This document shows, piece by piece, positions 1 to 8,322 of a stretch of 15,310 nucleotides of DNA (position 1 is its first letter; every line of letters starts with the position of its first letter). The notes beneath the pieces are model-generated. The model worked only from the letters and a program-made list of their open reading frames with translations. It did not search any database and had not been told where the DNA came from. The stretch lies in contig JBFMGU010000255.1 in assembly GCA_040752415.1 (NCBI GenBank), forward strand, positions 1-15,310, written 5' to 3'. The DNA is from Myxococcota bacterium. Lineage in GTDB: Bacteria; Myxococcota; JACRCW01. Both the position numbers and the translations under genes were made by a program.

Positions 1-83
1 GAGAGGGAGGGGGATGGGGAGGGGGAGGAAGAACCGCGTGGCGTGGACGTGGTTTCAGCCGGGCAGGTCTCGCTCCATCGCCA

Positions 84-112
84 TTGCGCGAGGTGGCGTC
101 ATCAAGTACGAC
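84..112 (+). promoter_or_regulatory. Possible sigma70-type promoter for nuoG-nuoH
   Basis: TTGCGC (84-89), 17-bp spacer, TACGAC (107-112), 60 bp upstream of the ATG at 173. Imperfect consensus, identified by eye. Confidence 0.3.
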
Positions 113-172
113 CGCGACCCCTCCCAAAGGCTCCCCCATTTGGAGCGCGCATCAGAGAGGCGAGTTGCTTCC

Positions 173-1828
173 ATGCCCACGCTGAAGATTGACGGCAAAG
201 AGGTCACGGTCCCGCCCAACACCAACGTGGTGGAGGCCGCCAAGCAGGCGGGAATCGAGATCCCCATCTTCTGCTACCACCCGCACCTCACCATCGCGGC
301 CAACTGCCGCATGTGCCTGGTGCACGGGAAGCAGAACGGCAAGGACTGGCCCAAGGCCATGCCCGCCTGCCAGACCATCGCCGCCGACGGCATGGAGATC
401 GACACCGTCAGCACCAAGACGCAGAAGGTCCAGAAGGGCGTGCTGGAGTTCATCCTCATCAATCACCCGCTGGACTGCCCCGTCTGCGACAAGGCCGGCG
501 AGTGCGACCTGCAGGACAACTACTTCAAGTACTCCAACCAGCCCTCGCGCTTTGCCGAGCACAAGGAAGCCAAGCAGAAGACCTACGACATCGGCCCGCA
601 GATCATGTACGACGGTGAGCGCTGCATCAATTGCACGCGCTGCATCCGCTTCATGGACGAGATTGCGCTGGACAGCCAGCTGGCGCAGATCAACCGCGGT
701 GACCGCAGCTACATCGCCCCCGCCGAGGGCAAGCAGCTGGACAACCCGTACGCCATGAACACCGTGGACATCTGTCCGGTGGGCGCGCTGCTTGGCAAGG
801 ACTTCCGCTTCCAGGTGCGCGCGTGGTTCCTCAAGCCGCACCAGAGCATCTGCAGCGGTTGTGGGCGTGGCTGCAACGTCGACGTGGATGCCACGGAGAT
901 GGAGCAGCAGGTGCACCGCATCCGTCCGCGCGAGAACCCGTTCGTCAACGGCCCGTGGATGTGTGACGACGGACGCTGGACCTATCACCGCGCGCGCGAG
1001 CGTCGACTGCTGAGGGCCACCATCCGTGAAGGCGGCAAGACGCGGCAGGTGGGTCTCGACGTGGCGCTGCGCCAGGCGGGCGCGCTGTTGCGCAACTTCG
1101 TGGGCACGCCGTCGTTCGCGGTGGCGGGCAGCGCGCATCTCACGTCGGAAGATCACTACGTGCTGGGCCGCCTCAACGCGGAGGGACTCAAGGCCGGCGC
1201 CGTGGCGGTCACCGGTCACCCGCCCTGGGCCGGCGACGCGTTCCTCAAGCTGGCCGACCGCAATCCGAACCGTCGCGGCGCGCTGGCGGTGCACAACGCG
1301 CTGGGCGCCAAGACCGTCAAGGACGGCAACGACCTCCTCAAGGACATCGAGGCGGGCAGGATCAAGGCGCTCCTCCTCGTGGGCAGTGAGCTGCCGACGA
1401 CGGACGCAGACCGCCTGGCCGCCGCGTTCAGCAAGCTGGAGGCGTTCGTGTGCCTCTCCAGCGAGGACGTGGTGACCAGCCAGCTGGCGCAGGTGGCCAT
1501 CCCCATTGCGTGGGCCACCGAGGTGGACGGGCTGTGGGTGAACGCGTTTGGTCGTGTGCAGCGGCTCAACCCCGCCGTGCCGCCGCCGGGCGACGCGCAC
1601 CCCGCGTGGAAGATGTTGGAGCTGCTCGGTCGCCAGCTGGACGTGGTGCTGCGTCATGACAGCCCCGAGGCCGTGCTCGCCGACATGGCGCGCCAGGTCC
1701 CGCTTTTCGAGGGGCTGACGTACGACGCCGTGGGCGAGCATGGTGTGGCGCGTGCCGGCGAGACCACCGCGCCCAAGAAGATGGGGGAGGGCAAGCCGCC
1801 CGCCGACTTCCCCATGCCCACCCCGTGA
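173..1828 (+). CDS. nuoG: NADH-quinone oxidoreductase subunit G (short form, 551 aa)
   Basis: Likely start is MPTLKIDGKEV (ATG 173, GAGAGG upstream). Fe-S motifs: CYHPHL..NCRMC..PAC (N1b), HPLDCPVCDKAGEC (N5), CINCTRC..ICP (N4), CSGCGRGC..MC (N7). The C-terminus is molybdopterin-oxidoreductase-like (E.DG.WVN..GRVQR). Adjacent to nuoH. Confidence 0.92.
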   Translation: MPTLKIDGKEVTVPPNTNVVEAAKQAGIEIPIFCYHPHLTIAANCRMCLVHGKQNGKDWPKAMPACQTIAADGMEIDTVSTKTQKVQKGVLEFILINHPLDCPVCDKAGECDLQDNYFKYSNQPSRFAEHKEAKQKTYDIGPQIMYDGERCINCTRCIRFMDEIALDSQLAQINRGDRSYIAPAEGKQLDNPYAMNTVDICPVGALLGKDFRFQVRAWFLKPHQSICSGCGRGCNVDVDATEMEQQVHRIRPRENPFVNGPWMCDDGRWTYHRARERRLLRATIREGGKTRQVGLDVALRQAGALLRNFVGTPSFAVAGSAHLTSEDHYVLGRLNAEGLKAGAVAVTGHPPWAGDAFLKLADRNPNRRGALAVHNALGAKTVKDGNDLLKDIEAGRIKALLLVGSELPTTDADRLAAAFSKLEAFVCLSSEDVVTSQLAQVAIPIAWATEVDGLWVNAFGRVQRLNPAVPPPGDAHPAWKMLELLGRQLDVVLRHDSPEAVLADMARQVPLFEGLTYDAVGEHGVARAGETTAPKKMGEGKPPADFPMPTP

Positions 1829-1866
1829 CGACGACCCGCTGACGCACGCTCGAGGTCTGCACCCCC

Positions 1867-3003
1867 ATGGAAAACGTTGCCGTCTCCAACTCGTTCCTTG
1901 CCGCGGCCCTCAAGGCGGGCGGTGTCATCTTCGTCATCCTGCAGATTGCGCCGGTGATGACGTGGCTGGAGCGCAAGATCAGTGCGTTCTCGCAGGACCG
2001 CATTGGTCCCAACCGCGCCACCATCCCGATCATCAAGAACATCCCGCTCGTCGGGCCGCTCTTGCAGCCGGTGGTGAACTTCCTGGGGCGTCTGGGCCTG
2101 CTCTTCCCGCTCGCCGACGCCATCAAGATGATCACCAAGGAGGACTTCATCCCCGCGCGCGCGGACCGGTTCCTCCACACGCTGGCCCCCTGGGTGGCCC
2201 TGGTGCCCGCGTTCGTGACCTTCGCGGTGATCCCCTTCGGCCCCGACGTCATCATCGGCGGCATGCTGCATCACCTGCAGGTGGCCAACCTCAACGTCGG
2301 CATCCTCTACATCTTCGCCATTGCGTCCATTGGCGTGTACGGGACCGCGTTCGCGGGCTGGGCGTCCAACAACAAGTTCGCGTTGCTGGGTGCGCTGCGC
2401 GCCTCGGCGCAGATGATCTCCTACGAAATCTCCATGGGCCTCAGCATCATCGGGCTCATCATGGTGTTCGGCACCGTGCAGCTCAACGAGATGGTGCTCA
2501 AGCAGCAGGAGCTCTTGTGGGGCTTCATCCCCAAGTGGGGCATCTTCGTGCAGCCGCTGGGCTTCCTGATGTTCTTCACCGCCGCGTACGCGGAAACCAA
2601 GCGCGCGCCCTTCGACACGCCAGAAGGTGAGTCGGAGATCGTGGCCGGTTACTTCATCGAGTACTCCGGCATGAAGTTCGGCATGTTCTACACGGCGGAG
2701 TTCGTCGAGATGATTGTGCTCGGCGGCCTGGTGTCCACGCTGTTCCTGGGTGGCTACCTCATCCCGTTCGTGCCCGCCGACGCCGCGATTCACGGCTTCA
2801 TTGGCATGCCCGGCTGGTTCTGGGCGCTGGCCATGGTCTTCGCGTTCCTCTTCAAGATGTTCGTGTTCATCGTCCTGCAGTTCCAGATCCGCTGGACGCT
2901 GCCCCGCTTCCGCTACGACCAGATCATGCACCTGGGCTGGAAGATCCTGCTGCCCGTGGCGCTGGCCAACGTCTTCATCACCGGCCTGGTCCTGGTGCTC
3001 TGA
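1867..3003 (+). CDS. nuoH: NADH-quinone oxidoreductase subunit H
   Basis: WLERKISAFSQDRIGPNR, ADAIKMITKED, GWASNNKFALLGALRASAQMISYE, AETKRAPFDTPEGESEIVAGYFIEYSG and RWTLPRFRYDQIM are ND1/NuoH signatures. Multiple hydrophobic helices. Confidence 0.97.
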   Translation: MENVAVSNSFLAAALKAGGVIFVILQIAPVMTWLERKISAFSQDRIGPNRATIPIIKNIPLVGPLLQPVVNFLGRLGLLFPLADAIKMITKEDFIPARADRFLHTLAPWVALVPAFVTFAVIPFGPDVIIGGMLHHLQVANLNVGILYIFAIASIGVYGTAFAGWASNNKFALLGALRASAQMISYEISMGLSIIGLIMVFGTVQLNEMVLKQQELLWGFIPKWGIFVQPLGFLMFFTAAYAETKRAPFDTPEGESEIVAGYFIEYSGMKFGMFYTAEFVEMIVLGGLVSTLFLGGYLIPFVPADAAIHGFIGMPGWFWALAMVFAFLFKMFVFIVLQFQIRWTLPRFRYDQIMHLGWKILLPVALANVFITGLVLVL

Positions 3004-3139
3004 TCCCTGCGGGGCAGGCCGCGCCGCTTTCGCGCGCCGCCTCGCGTCGTAGGCAAGTCACCTACATTCTGATAACCGACACCCGACCGACCCCGGAACG
3101 AGGACGCCCGGGACCGGATTCGGGGTGCCTGCCGTGCGA

Positions 3140-6073
3140 ATGGACTTGTGGAATGCAGCGTGGCGCGCGTGCGCGCTGGTGGTGGTGAGCTTCTTCTCCG
3201 GGTGCGGCGGGTGCGGGACCACCAACACCGGCACGGAGACCGAGTGCGCGGTGGCGGGCGACTGCGCGGCGGGAAAGACGTGCAACGAAGGCGCGTGCGT
3301 TGCGGTGACCGCGTGCGTGGCCGACGTGGACTGCAACGGCCATTACTGCGTGGGCGGCGTGTGTCAGTCCTCTCCCAACGAGACGGTCGACGCGGGACGA
3401 CGTGACGCGGGCGGCAGCTCGTCCGGCGGCGACGCAGGCAACGGCGACGCGGCCACCGGCCCGGTGAAGCGCCTGGCCTTCGACCCCGACGAGACGGTGG
3501 AGTTCGGTGCCTCCCGCCTGGGCATCTCCGTGAGCCGCACGGTGAGCCTGGTGAACACGGGCGAGGCCGCGGTGACGGTGTTCTCCATGACGCTGTCCGC
3601 GGGAGCCAGCAGTGAGTTCACCTTCCAGCCCACCTTCCTGGCGGCGCCCCTTGGCGTCGGGGAGTCGGTGACCATCACCATCACGCACCTCCCCACCGAC
3701 GGCGCTCCCGACTCCGCGCGCCTGCAGGTGTTCTCCGACGCGCGCAACAATCCCGTCGAGCTGCAGTTGGAAGCGGCGTTCAAGAACGACCCGGAGCTGG
3801 AGCACGTGGCGCTCCCCGGCCGTACCGCTCCCGACGGTGGCGCCAATCCCGAGATCAACAGCGTGGACTTTGGCGAGGTGGGCGTGGGCTTCCTGAGCCA
3901 GAAGCGGGTGTTCCTGCGCAATCTCTCCGTCGACAGCGCGCTGGAGATCCAGCCGCTGCAGCTCACCACCGACGCGCCCGCCGGCACCTTCGCCATCCTC
4001 ACCGACCGCAACCTGCCCACGTTCATCTCGACGTGGGAGGCCAGCTGCGCGCTGGATGCGGACTGCGGGAACATCAACGGTGCCACGTGTGTGGAGGGCG
4101 CGTGTCGCACGGCGACGGGCTACGTGGACCAGCTCACGGTGACCATCCAGTTCACGCCGCCGGCGGAGGGCAACTACACCGCGGTGATCACCGTGCCCAC
4201 CAACGACGAGGGCGGCGGTGGTGGCAACCCGGAGGCGCCGCTCATCCTGAGCGTGGTGGGCGAGGGCAAGAGCAACTGTCCTGCCCGCTTTGGTGCCAAT
4301 GGCACGTATGACCCCGGCACGCAGACGTGCAGCTACGCGTGCCAGGCCGGCTTCCACGACCTGGACGGCGACCGCAACAACTTCCCCATCAGCAACGGCT
4401 GCGAATACGAGTGCACGCCCGACGTGAATGTCCTTATCGACACGCCGGACCTCAATGGTGTCGACGCGGATTGCGACGGTCTGGACGGTGAGGCGGAGCC
4501 TGGTGCCGCCGTGTTCGTGTGGAGCGGCGCGAACCCGGTGGGCGCCGACGGAAGCAAGGAGCACCCGTACGTGAGCCTGCAGGACGGCATCAACGCGGCC
4601 ATGGGTGACGGGGGCGCGAACCCGGCGAAGCCGGTGTACCTGGCGGACGGCTCGTACGGCGGGAACAACGGCATCACGTTGGCCAACGGCGTGTCCATCT
4701 ACGGCGGTTACGCTGCGGGGCAGGGCTGGCGCGTGCGCGGGGGGACCTCGTTCATCTCGGGCTCCAATGAGCCGGTGGTGGGTACGGGCATCAGCCTGAC
4801 GACGACGCTGCAGAAGCTGACCATCCAGGCGCTGCCCGGGACCACGCAGGATCCCATCAGCGTGGGCCTGCGTCTCGTCGACAGTCCGGGCGTGATCCTG
4901 GAGGCGTGCACCATCACCGCCGGCAACGGCGCAGACGGCGTGGACGGCACTCCTGGCTCACCAGGGGTTGGTGGCGCGGCGCTCAATGGCGCCAATGGCG
5001 AGAACGGCTGTGACGTCGACAACAGCCAGCAGGGCTTCGGCGTTTGCAGCGCTTTTGGCGATGATAAGCGCGGAGGTTGGGGAGGGGCAGGAGGAGTGAA
5101 CTCAGCATGCAACGCCAACGCTGGCGGCGCTGGAGGGATGGGAGGTTTCAGTCACCCGGATGACTGGTTTTTCGGCGGCGTATCTGCGGAGCCAGGAGTA
5201 GACGGGGCGGGAGCCCAAGCCGGCTATGCGGCTGGCGGCGATGCAGGAGGGCGAGCGGCCACCTGTCCCGATGCTGAAATGTCATGTCCTTCCCCGGTCG
5301 ATTGCTGGGGTGGCGTCGGCGTTGAGGGCGGGAACGGTCGCGGTGGTGACCCTGGTCTTGGCGGAGTTGCCGCACAGAGCCTCATGATTGATGCGGCAAC
5401 TGGAGCCCTGGCTGTCGGCGTAGGCGGCAGTGGCCAAGACGGCGTGCCCAACGCGGAAGGCGGTGGAGGCGGCGGCGGTGGAGGCGGCGGAAGCTGCAGC
5501 GCTGTCGTCGGGTGTTATGACGACGACGACAGCTGTGCCTCCGACGGTGCGCCCGGTGGTGGAGGCGGGGGCGCTGCAGGCTGCGTAGGCACAGGGGGTG
5601 TTGGAGGCCGCTCAGGGGGCAGCTCCATCGGCTTGCTGCTTGTGCGTTCAGCCATTCAGGTAGTTGGTGGTGGCATTGTGGCTGGCACTGCCGGTAACGG
5701 TGGTTCAGGAGCAGATGGCGGCGAAGGTGGCGAAGGCGGGGCTGGGGGCGAGCCTGGATTGGTGATTCCGGAGCGTCAACGCGCGGGATACGCAGGCCGC
5801 GGTGGTCGGGGTGGCAAAGGGGGTCATGGGGGAGGTGGGGCTGGTGGCGCTGGCGGACACTCCTATGCGGTCTACGCTGTCGAGGGGATACCGAACCTTG
5901 CCGTTCCTGGAAGGCCTGTTCCTGCGCTCACCGCGGGTGTAGCCGGATCCGGTGGTGCAGGCGGTTCTGGCGCGGTGCTGGCCAATGGCGACTCGTGCCG
6001 TCGGAGCAACCCCAGTGAGTGTGGGAATGGGCAGTCCGGTCCCAACGGCACCAGTGCGACGACGAACTTCTGA
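3140..6073 (+). CDS. Modular Cys-rich lipoprotein: Ig-like (choice-of-anchor D/ASH-type) domains, acidic Cys repeat, DUF1565-like beta-helix start and PGRS-like Gly-rich tail
   Basis: Signal peptide with lipobox-like VVVSFFSG-C. Two CxxxxDC...CxxGxC modules. Two 'V.FG...G......v.L.N' Ig-like domains. DADCDGLDG repeat. AVFV..ADGSKEHPYVSLQDGI..VYLADGSY resembles DUF1565. GxGGxGG tail. The start could be GTG 3125 or ATG 3140. Confidence 0.8.
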   Translation: MDLWNAAWRACALVVVSFFSGCGGCGTTNTGTETECAVAGDCAAGKTCNEGACVAVTACVADVDCNGHYCVGGVCQSSPNETVDAGRRDAGGSSSGGDAGNGDAATGPVKRLAFDPDETVEFGASRLGISVSRTVSLVNTGEAAVTVFSMTLSAGASSEFTFQPTFLAAPLGVGESVTITITHLPTDGAPDSARLQVFSDARNNPVELQLEAAFKNDPELEHVALPGRTAPDGGANPEINSVDFGEVGVGFLSQKRVFLRNLSVDSALEIQPLQLTTDAPAGTFAILTDRNLPTFISTWEASCALDADCGNINGATCVEGACRTATGYVDQLTVTIQFTPPAEGNYTAVITVPTNDEGGGGGNPEAPLILSVVGEGKSNCPARFGANGTYDPGTQTCSYACQAGFHDLDGDRNNFPISNGCEYECTPDVNVLIDTPDLNGVDADCDGLDGEAEPGAAVFVWSGANPVGADGSKEHPYVSLQDGINAAMGDGGANPAKPVYLADGSYGGNNGITLANGVSIYGGYAAGQGWRVRGGTSFISGSNEPVVGTGISLTTTLQKLTIQALPGTTQDPISVGLRLVDSPGVILEACTITAGNGADGVDGTPGSPGVGGAALNGANGENGCDVDNSQQGFGVCSAFGDDKRGGWGGAGGVNSACNANAGGAGGMGGFSHPDDWFFGGVSAEPGVDGAGAQAGYAAGGDAGGRAATCPDAEMSCPSPVDCWGGVGVEGGNGRGGDPGLGGVAAQSLMIDAATGALAVGVGGSGQDGVPNAEGGGGGGGGGGGSCSAVVGCYDDDDSCASDGAPGGGGGGAAGCVGTGGVGGRSGGSSIGLLLVRSAIQVVGGGIVAGTAGNGGSGADGGEGGEGGAGGEPGLVIPERQRAGYAGRGGRGGKGGHGGGGAGGAGGHSYAVYAVEGIPNLAVPGRPVPALTAGVAGSGGAGGSGAVLANGDSCRRSNPSECGNGQSGPNGTSATTNF
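4922..6050 (+). repeat. Gly-rich GxGGxGG low-complexity coding region interleaved with Cys-containing loops
   Basis: Translation shows e.g. GGWGGAGG, GGAGGMGG, EGGGGGGGGGGGSC, GGEGGEGGAGGEPG and GRGGRGGKGGHGGGGAGGAGG. Confidence 0.85.
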
Positions 6074-6093
6074 GCGCCACCTTCGCACTCTCC

Positions 6094-8322
6094 TCAGGGC
6101 CACTTTGTGTAGCCAAACACGTCGAGATCCGCTTCCCCCGTGAGGGTGGCGTCGGGGGTTTCATCGAACATCCCCACTTCCCCCACGTAGAAGAACGCGC
6201 GCCCCCGACTATTGCCGCCCGCATCATCAAAAGGCGCACCCACGAGGATGTCCCCAGTACCGTCCCCATTCACGTCGCCGACTCCAGACATGGACAACCC
6301 CAACCGGGCACCCGGAGTCCCCACAAACACCGCCGCCGGCGCAGACTGCAACGCGTTTGATTGGCCGAAGAACAGGAACGCCTGTCCCTCATCCACGTCC
6401 GTGACGTCACTACGGTTCGCTCCAACAAGCAGGTCGCCCAATCCATCACTATTCACGTCTCCCGCCGCTGCCACGCAGCTCCCATACGCGTCGCCGAGGT
6501 CGGCGCTTGCTGTGGTGGAATCCGCAGTAGGCGAGACGAGCGTGTTGGGGTGGCCGGGGTAGATCCAGACTTGGCCAGGCATCGACGCGCTCCCATCCGC
6601 GCCCACAACGAGGTCGGCAAACCCATCTCCATTGGTATCCCCGCCGCCAGCCACCGATGCTCCGAAGGTCGCGTCGGCGGCGGGACCAAACAGGATGAGT
6701 TCGGGATTGTTGTCCATCCCTCCCACACCACCGCGGAAGACATAAACCCGTCCACTGTCGTCATTGGCAACCGCGTCAACGTCCGCCCGCGGGGCGCCAA
6801 CCACAACGTCGGCATAGCCATCCCCGTCCAGATCTCCGGCGCCAGCGACGGACTGCCCAAAGAAGTCATGGTCCGCGAACCCCGCGAGGACCGTGTCGGG
6901 CGCCGCATCCATGGACGCCGTCGAAGCGCCCAGATGGATGTAGGCGCGACCGGTGGACGGGCCCTCGCCGGGCGCAAACATGGCGCCGACGATGACGTCA
7001 CCGTACCCATCACCATTCACATCTCCAGCAGATGAAACGGAGACGCCGAGGGCGTCATCACCACCCTCACCGTCGATGACCAGTGAGGGAACTGTGCTTA
7101 TCTGCCCCGTCCTCGCACCGAGGAAAACGTACGCGCGCCCGGACAATGGGGCCAGCCCTTGCGCTTGGTAACCCCCGACGATCAGGTCGGAATACCCATC
7201 GCCATTCATGTCTCCGGCAGGCGCAACGGATACACCAAATCCGTCATTGGCGGTCTCTCCGACGAGCTTGAGGTCGTGCACCGTGTCAAGGCCGTCAGGC
7301 CGTCCGTAGAACAAGTACACGCATCCAACCGCCGACAGGCCAGGCTCGCTCCGGAAGAATGCGCCAACGGCAACGTCTGCGTACCCGTCCCCGTTGAGAT
7401 CTTCCTTCTGGCGCGCCACATCCACGTAGCGCACTGCGCTGGACGGGCCACACCCCAGGTCATTGCACGCGCGTACACGCCAGAAATACCGCGCGCCCAC
7501 CGGAGGCGCGGTCGACACGGGGAGGTCCGACGGCAGCGTGTGCGTGTTCCCCACCAACGACGCCGCATACTCCGGGCTTGGGAACGCGCAGTCCGCAAAC
7601 GGAAGCGCACACGAGTTGTCGATCTCAATCTCGTAGCCCGTGGCGTCGGGAACCGCGTCCCACTTGAACGTCGGACGTCGTGGCTTCACGACCAGGTTCT
7701 CAGCCGTTGCCCAGACGCTCCCGGTAGCGTGCCCGTTGGGTGGCCAGCGAAGGACAGGCGCCGCCGGACAGCCTTCATCCGTCTGCCCGTCGCAGTCATC
7801 ATCCGCCTGGTTGCAGGTCTCGACGTCATCACCCGTTTCCTCCGAGCATGCCGGGAGGTGGTCTGGACCACAGGCCCACGTGCCTTCCGGGCATTCGTCG
7901 GCGTCTGCGCCGTCGCATTCCGTGCCCAGCGTGACCAGAAGTGGGCAGACCCCGCCGCATTCGTTCGAGCCGTTGTCCGTGTCGCCGTCACAGTCGTCAT
8001 CGACGTTGTTGCAGGTCTCAGCGGTGTCGTCGGTCTGATCGTCACACGTGGCCGCGTTGATTCCGGCGCACACCCAGGTGCCCTCCGCGCATTGATCGCT
8101 GTCAGGACCGTCACAAGCAGTTGTCGGCACCCCGTCCAGGGAACAGGCTCCCCCGCACCCGTTGTCTCCATTGTCGACGACGTCATTGCAGTCGTTGTCG
8201 GCGCCGTCGCAGGTCTCCTCGGAAGGTGGGGTCTCATCCAAGCACGCCCCCCATTCTCCGTCAGCGCACACCTGGGTCCCGGCAACGCAGGGGCCGACGT
8301 CCGTCCCGCAGCTTCGCTGATC
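6094..8322 (-). CDS. FG-GAP repeat (integrin-alpha-like 7-blade propeller) protein with acidic Cys-rich repeats and an FN3-like domain; lacks a 5' end (truncated gene or possible pseudogene)
   Basis: Seven DxNGDGYxDxxVGA-type repeats, three ETCxxxDxDCxxxxD repeats, and PTFKWDAV..YEIEID..YFWRVRAC (FN3-like). The first possible start (GTG 8271) lies inside a Cys repeat that continues upstream as DQRSCGTDVGPCVAGTQ to 8322. There is no ATG or signal peptide, and the frame is closed by TGA at 8364-8362. Confidence 0.8.
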   Translation of the reverse strand, partial: DQRSCGTDVGPCVAGTQVCADGEWGACLDETPPSEETCDGADNDCNDVVDNGDNGCGGACSLDGVPTTACDGPDSDQCAEGTWVCAGINAATCDDQTDDTAETCNNVDDDCDGDTDNGSNECGGVCPLLVTLGTECDGADADECPEGTWACGPDHLPACSEETGDDVETCNQADDDCDGQTDEGCPAAPVLRWPPNGHATGSVWATAENLVVKPRRPTFKWDAVPDATGYEIEIDNSCALPFADCAFPSPEYAASLVGNTHTLPSDLPVSTAPPVGARYFWRVRACNDLGCGPSSAVRYVDVARQKEDLNGDGYADVAVGAFFRSEPGLSAVGCVYLFYGRPDGLDTVHDLKLVGETANDGFGVSVAPAGDMNGDGYSDLIVGGYQAQGLAPLSGRAYVFLGARTGQISTVPSLVIDGEGGDDALGVSVSSAGDVNGDGYGDVIVGAMFAPGEGPSTGRAYIHLGASTASMDAAPDTVLAGFADHDFFGQSVAGAGDLDGDGYADVVVGAPRADVDAVANDDSGRVYVFRGGVGGMDNNPELILFGPAADATFGASVAGGGDTNGDGFADLVVGADGSASMPGQVWIYPGHPNTLVSPTADSTTASADLGDAYGSCVAAAGDVNSDGLGDLLVGANRSDVTDVDEGQAFLFFGQSNALQSAPAAVFVGTPGARLGLSMSGVGDVNGDGTGDILVGAPFDDAGGNSRGRAFFYVGEVGMFDETPDATLTGEADLDVFGYTKWP
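7768..8322 (-). repeat. About three degenerate ~60-aa Cys/Asp-rich repeats (myxobacterial putative metal-binding/MopE-related type)
   Basis: EETCDGADNDCNDVVDN, AETCNNVDDDCDGDTDN and VETCNQADDDCDGQTDEGC. The CDGxDxDxCxEGTWxC linker occurs twice. Confidence 0.8.

Noticed and set aside
14..172. 53-aa N-terminal extension of nuoG in the ORF track
   Set aside because: NuoG homology begins at MPTLKIDG (173), which has an RBS-like sequence. The extension is not protein-like.
3006..3018. Intrinsic terminator after nuoH (CCTGC-GGG-GCAGG)
   Set aside because: Only a 5-bp stem and no adjacent U-tract.
152..4564. Long antisense ORFs (152-1741, 1654-2931, 3062-4564)
   Set aside because: Shadow ORFs opposite well-supported genes, expected with high GC3. 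No recognisable motifs.
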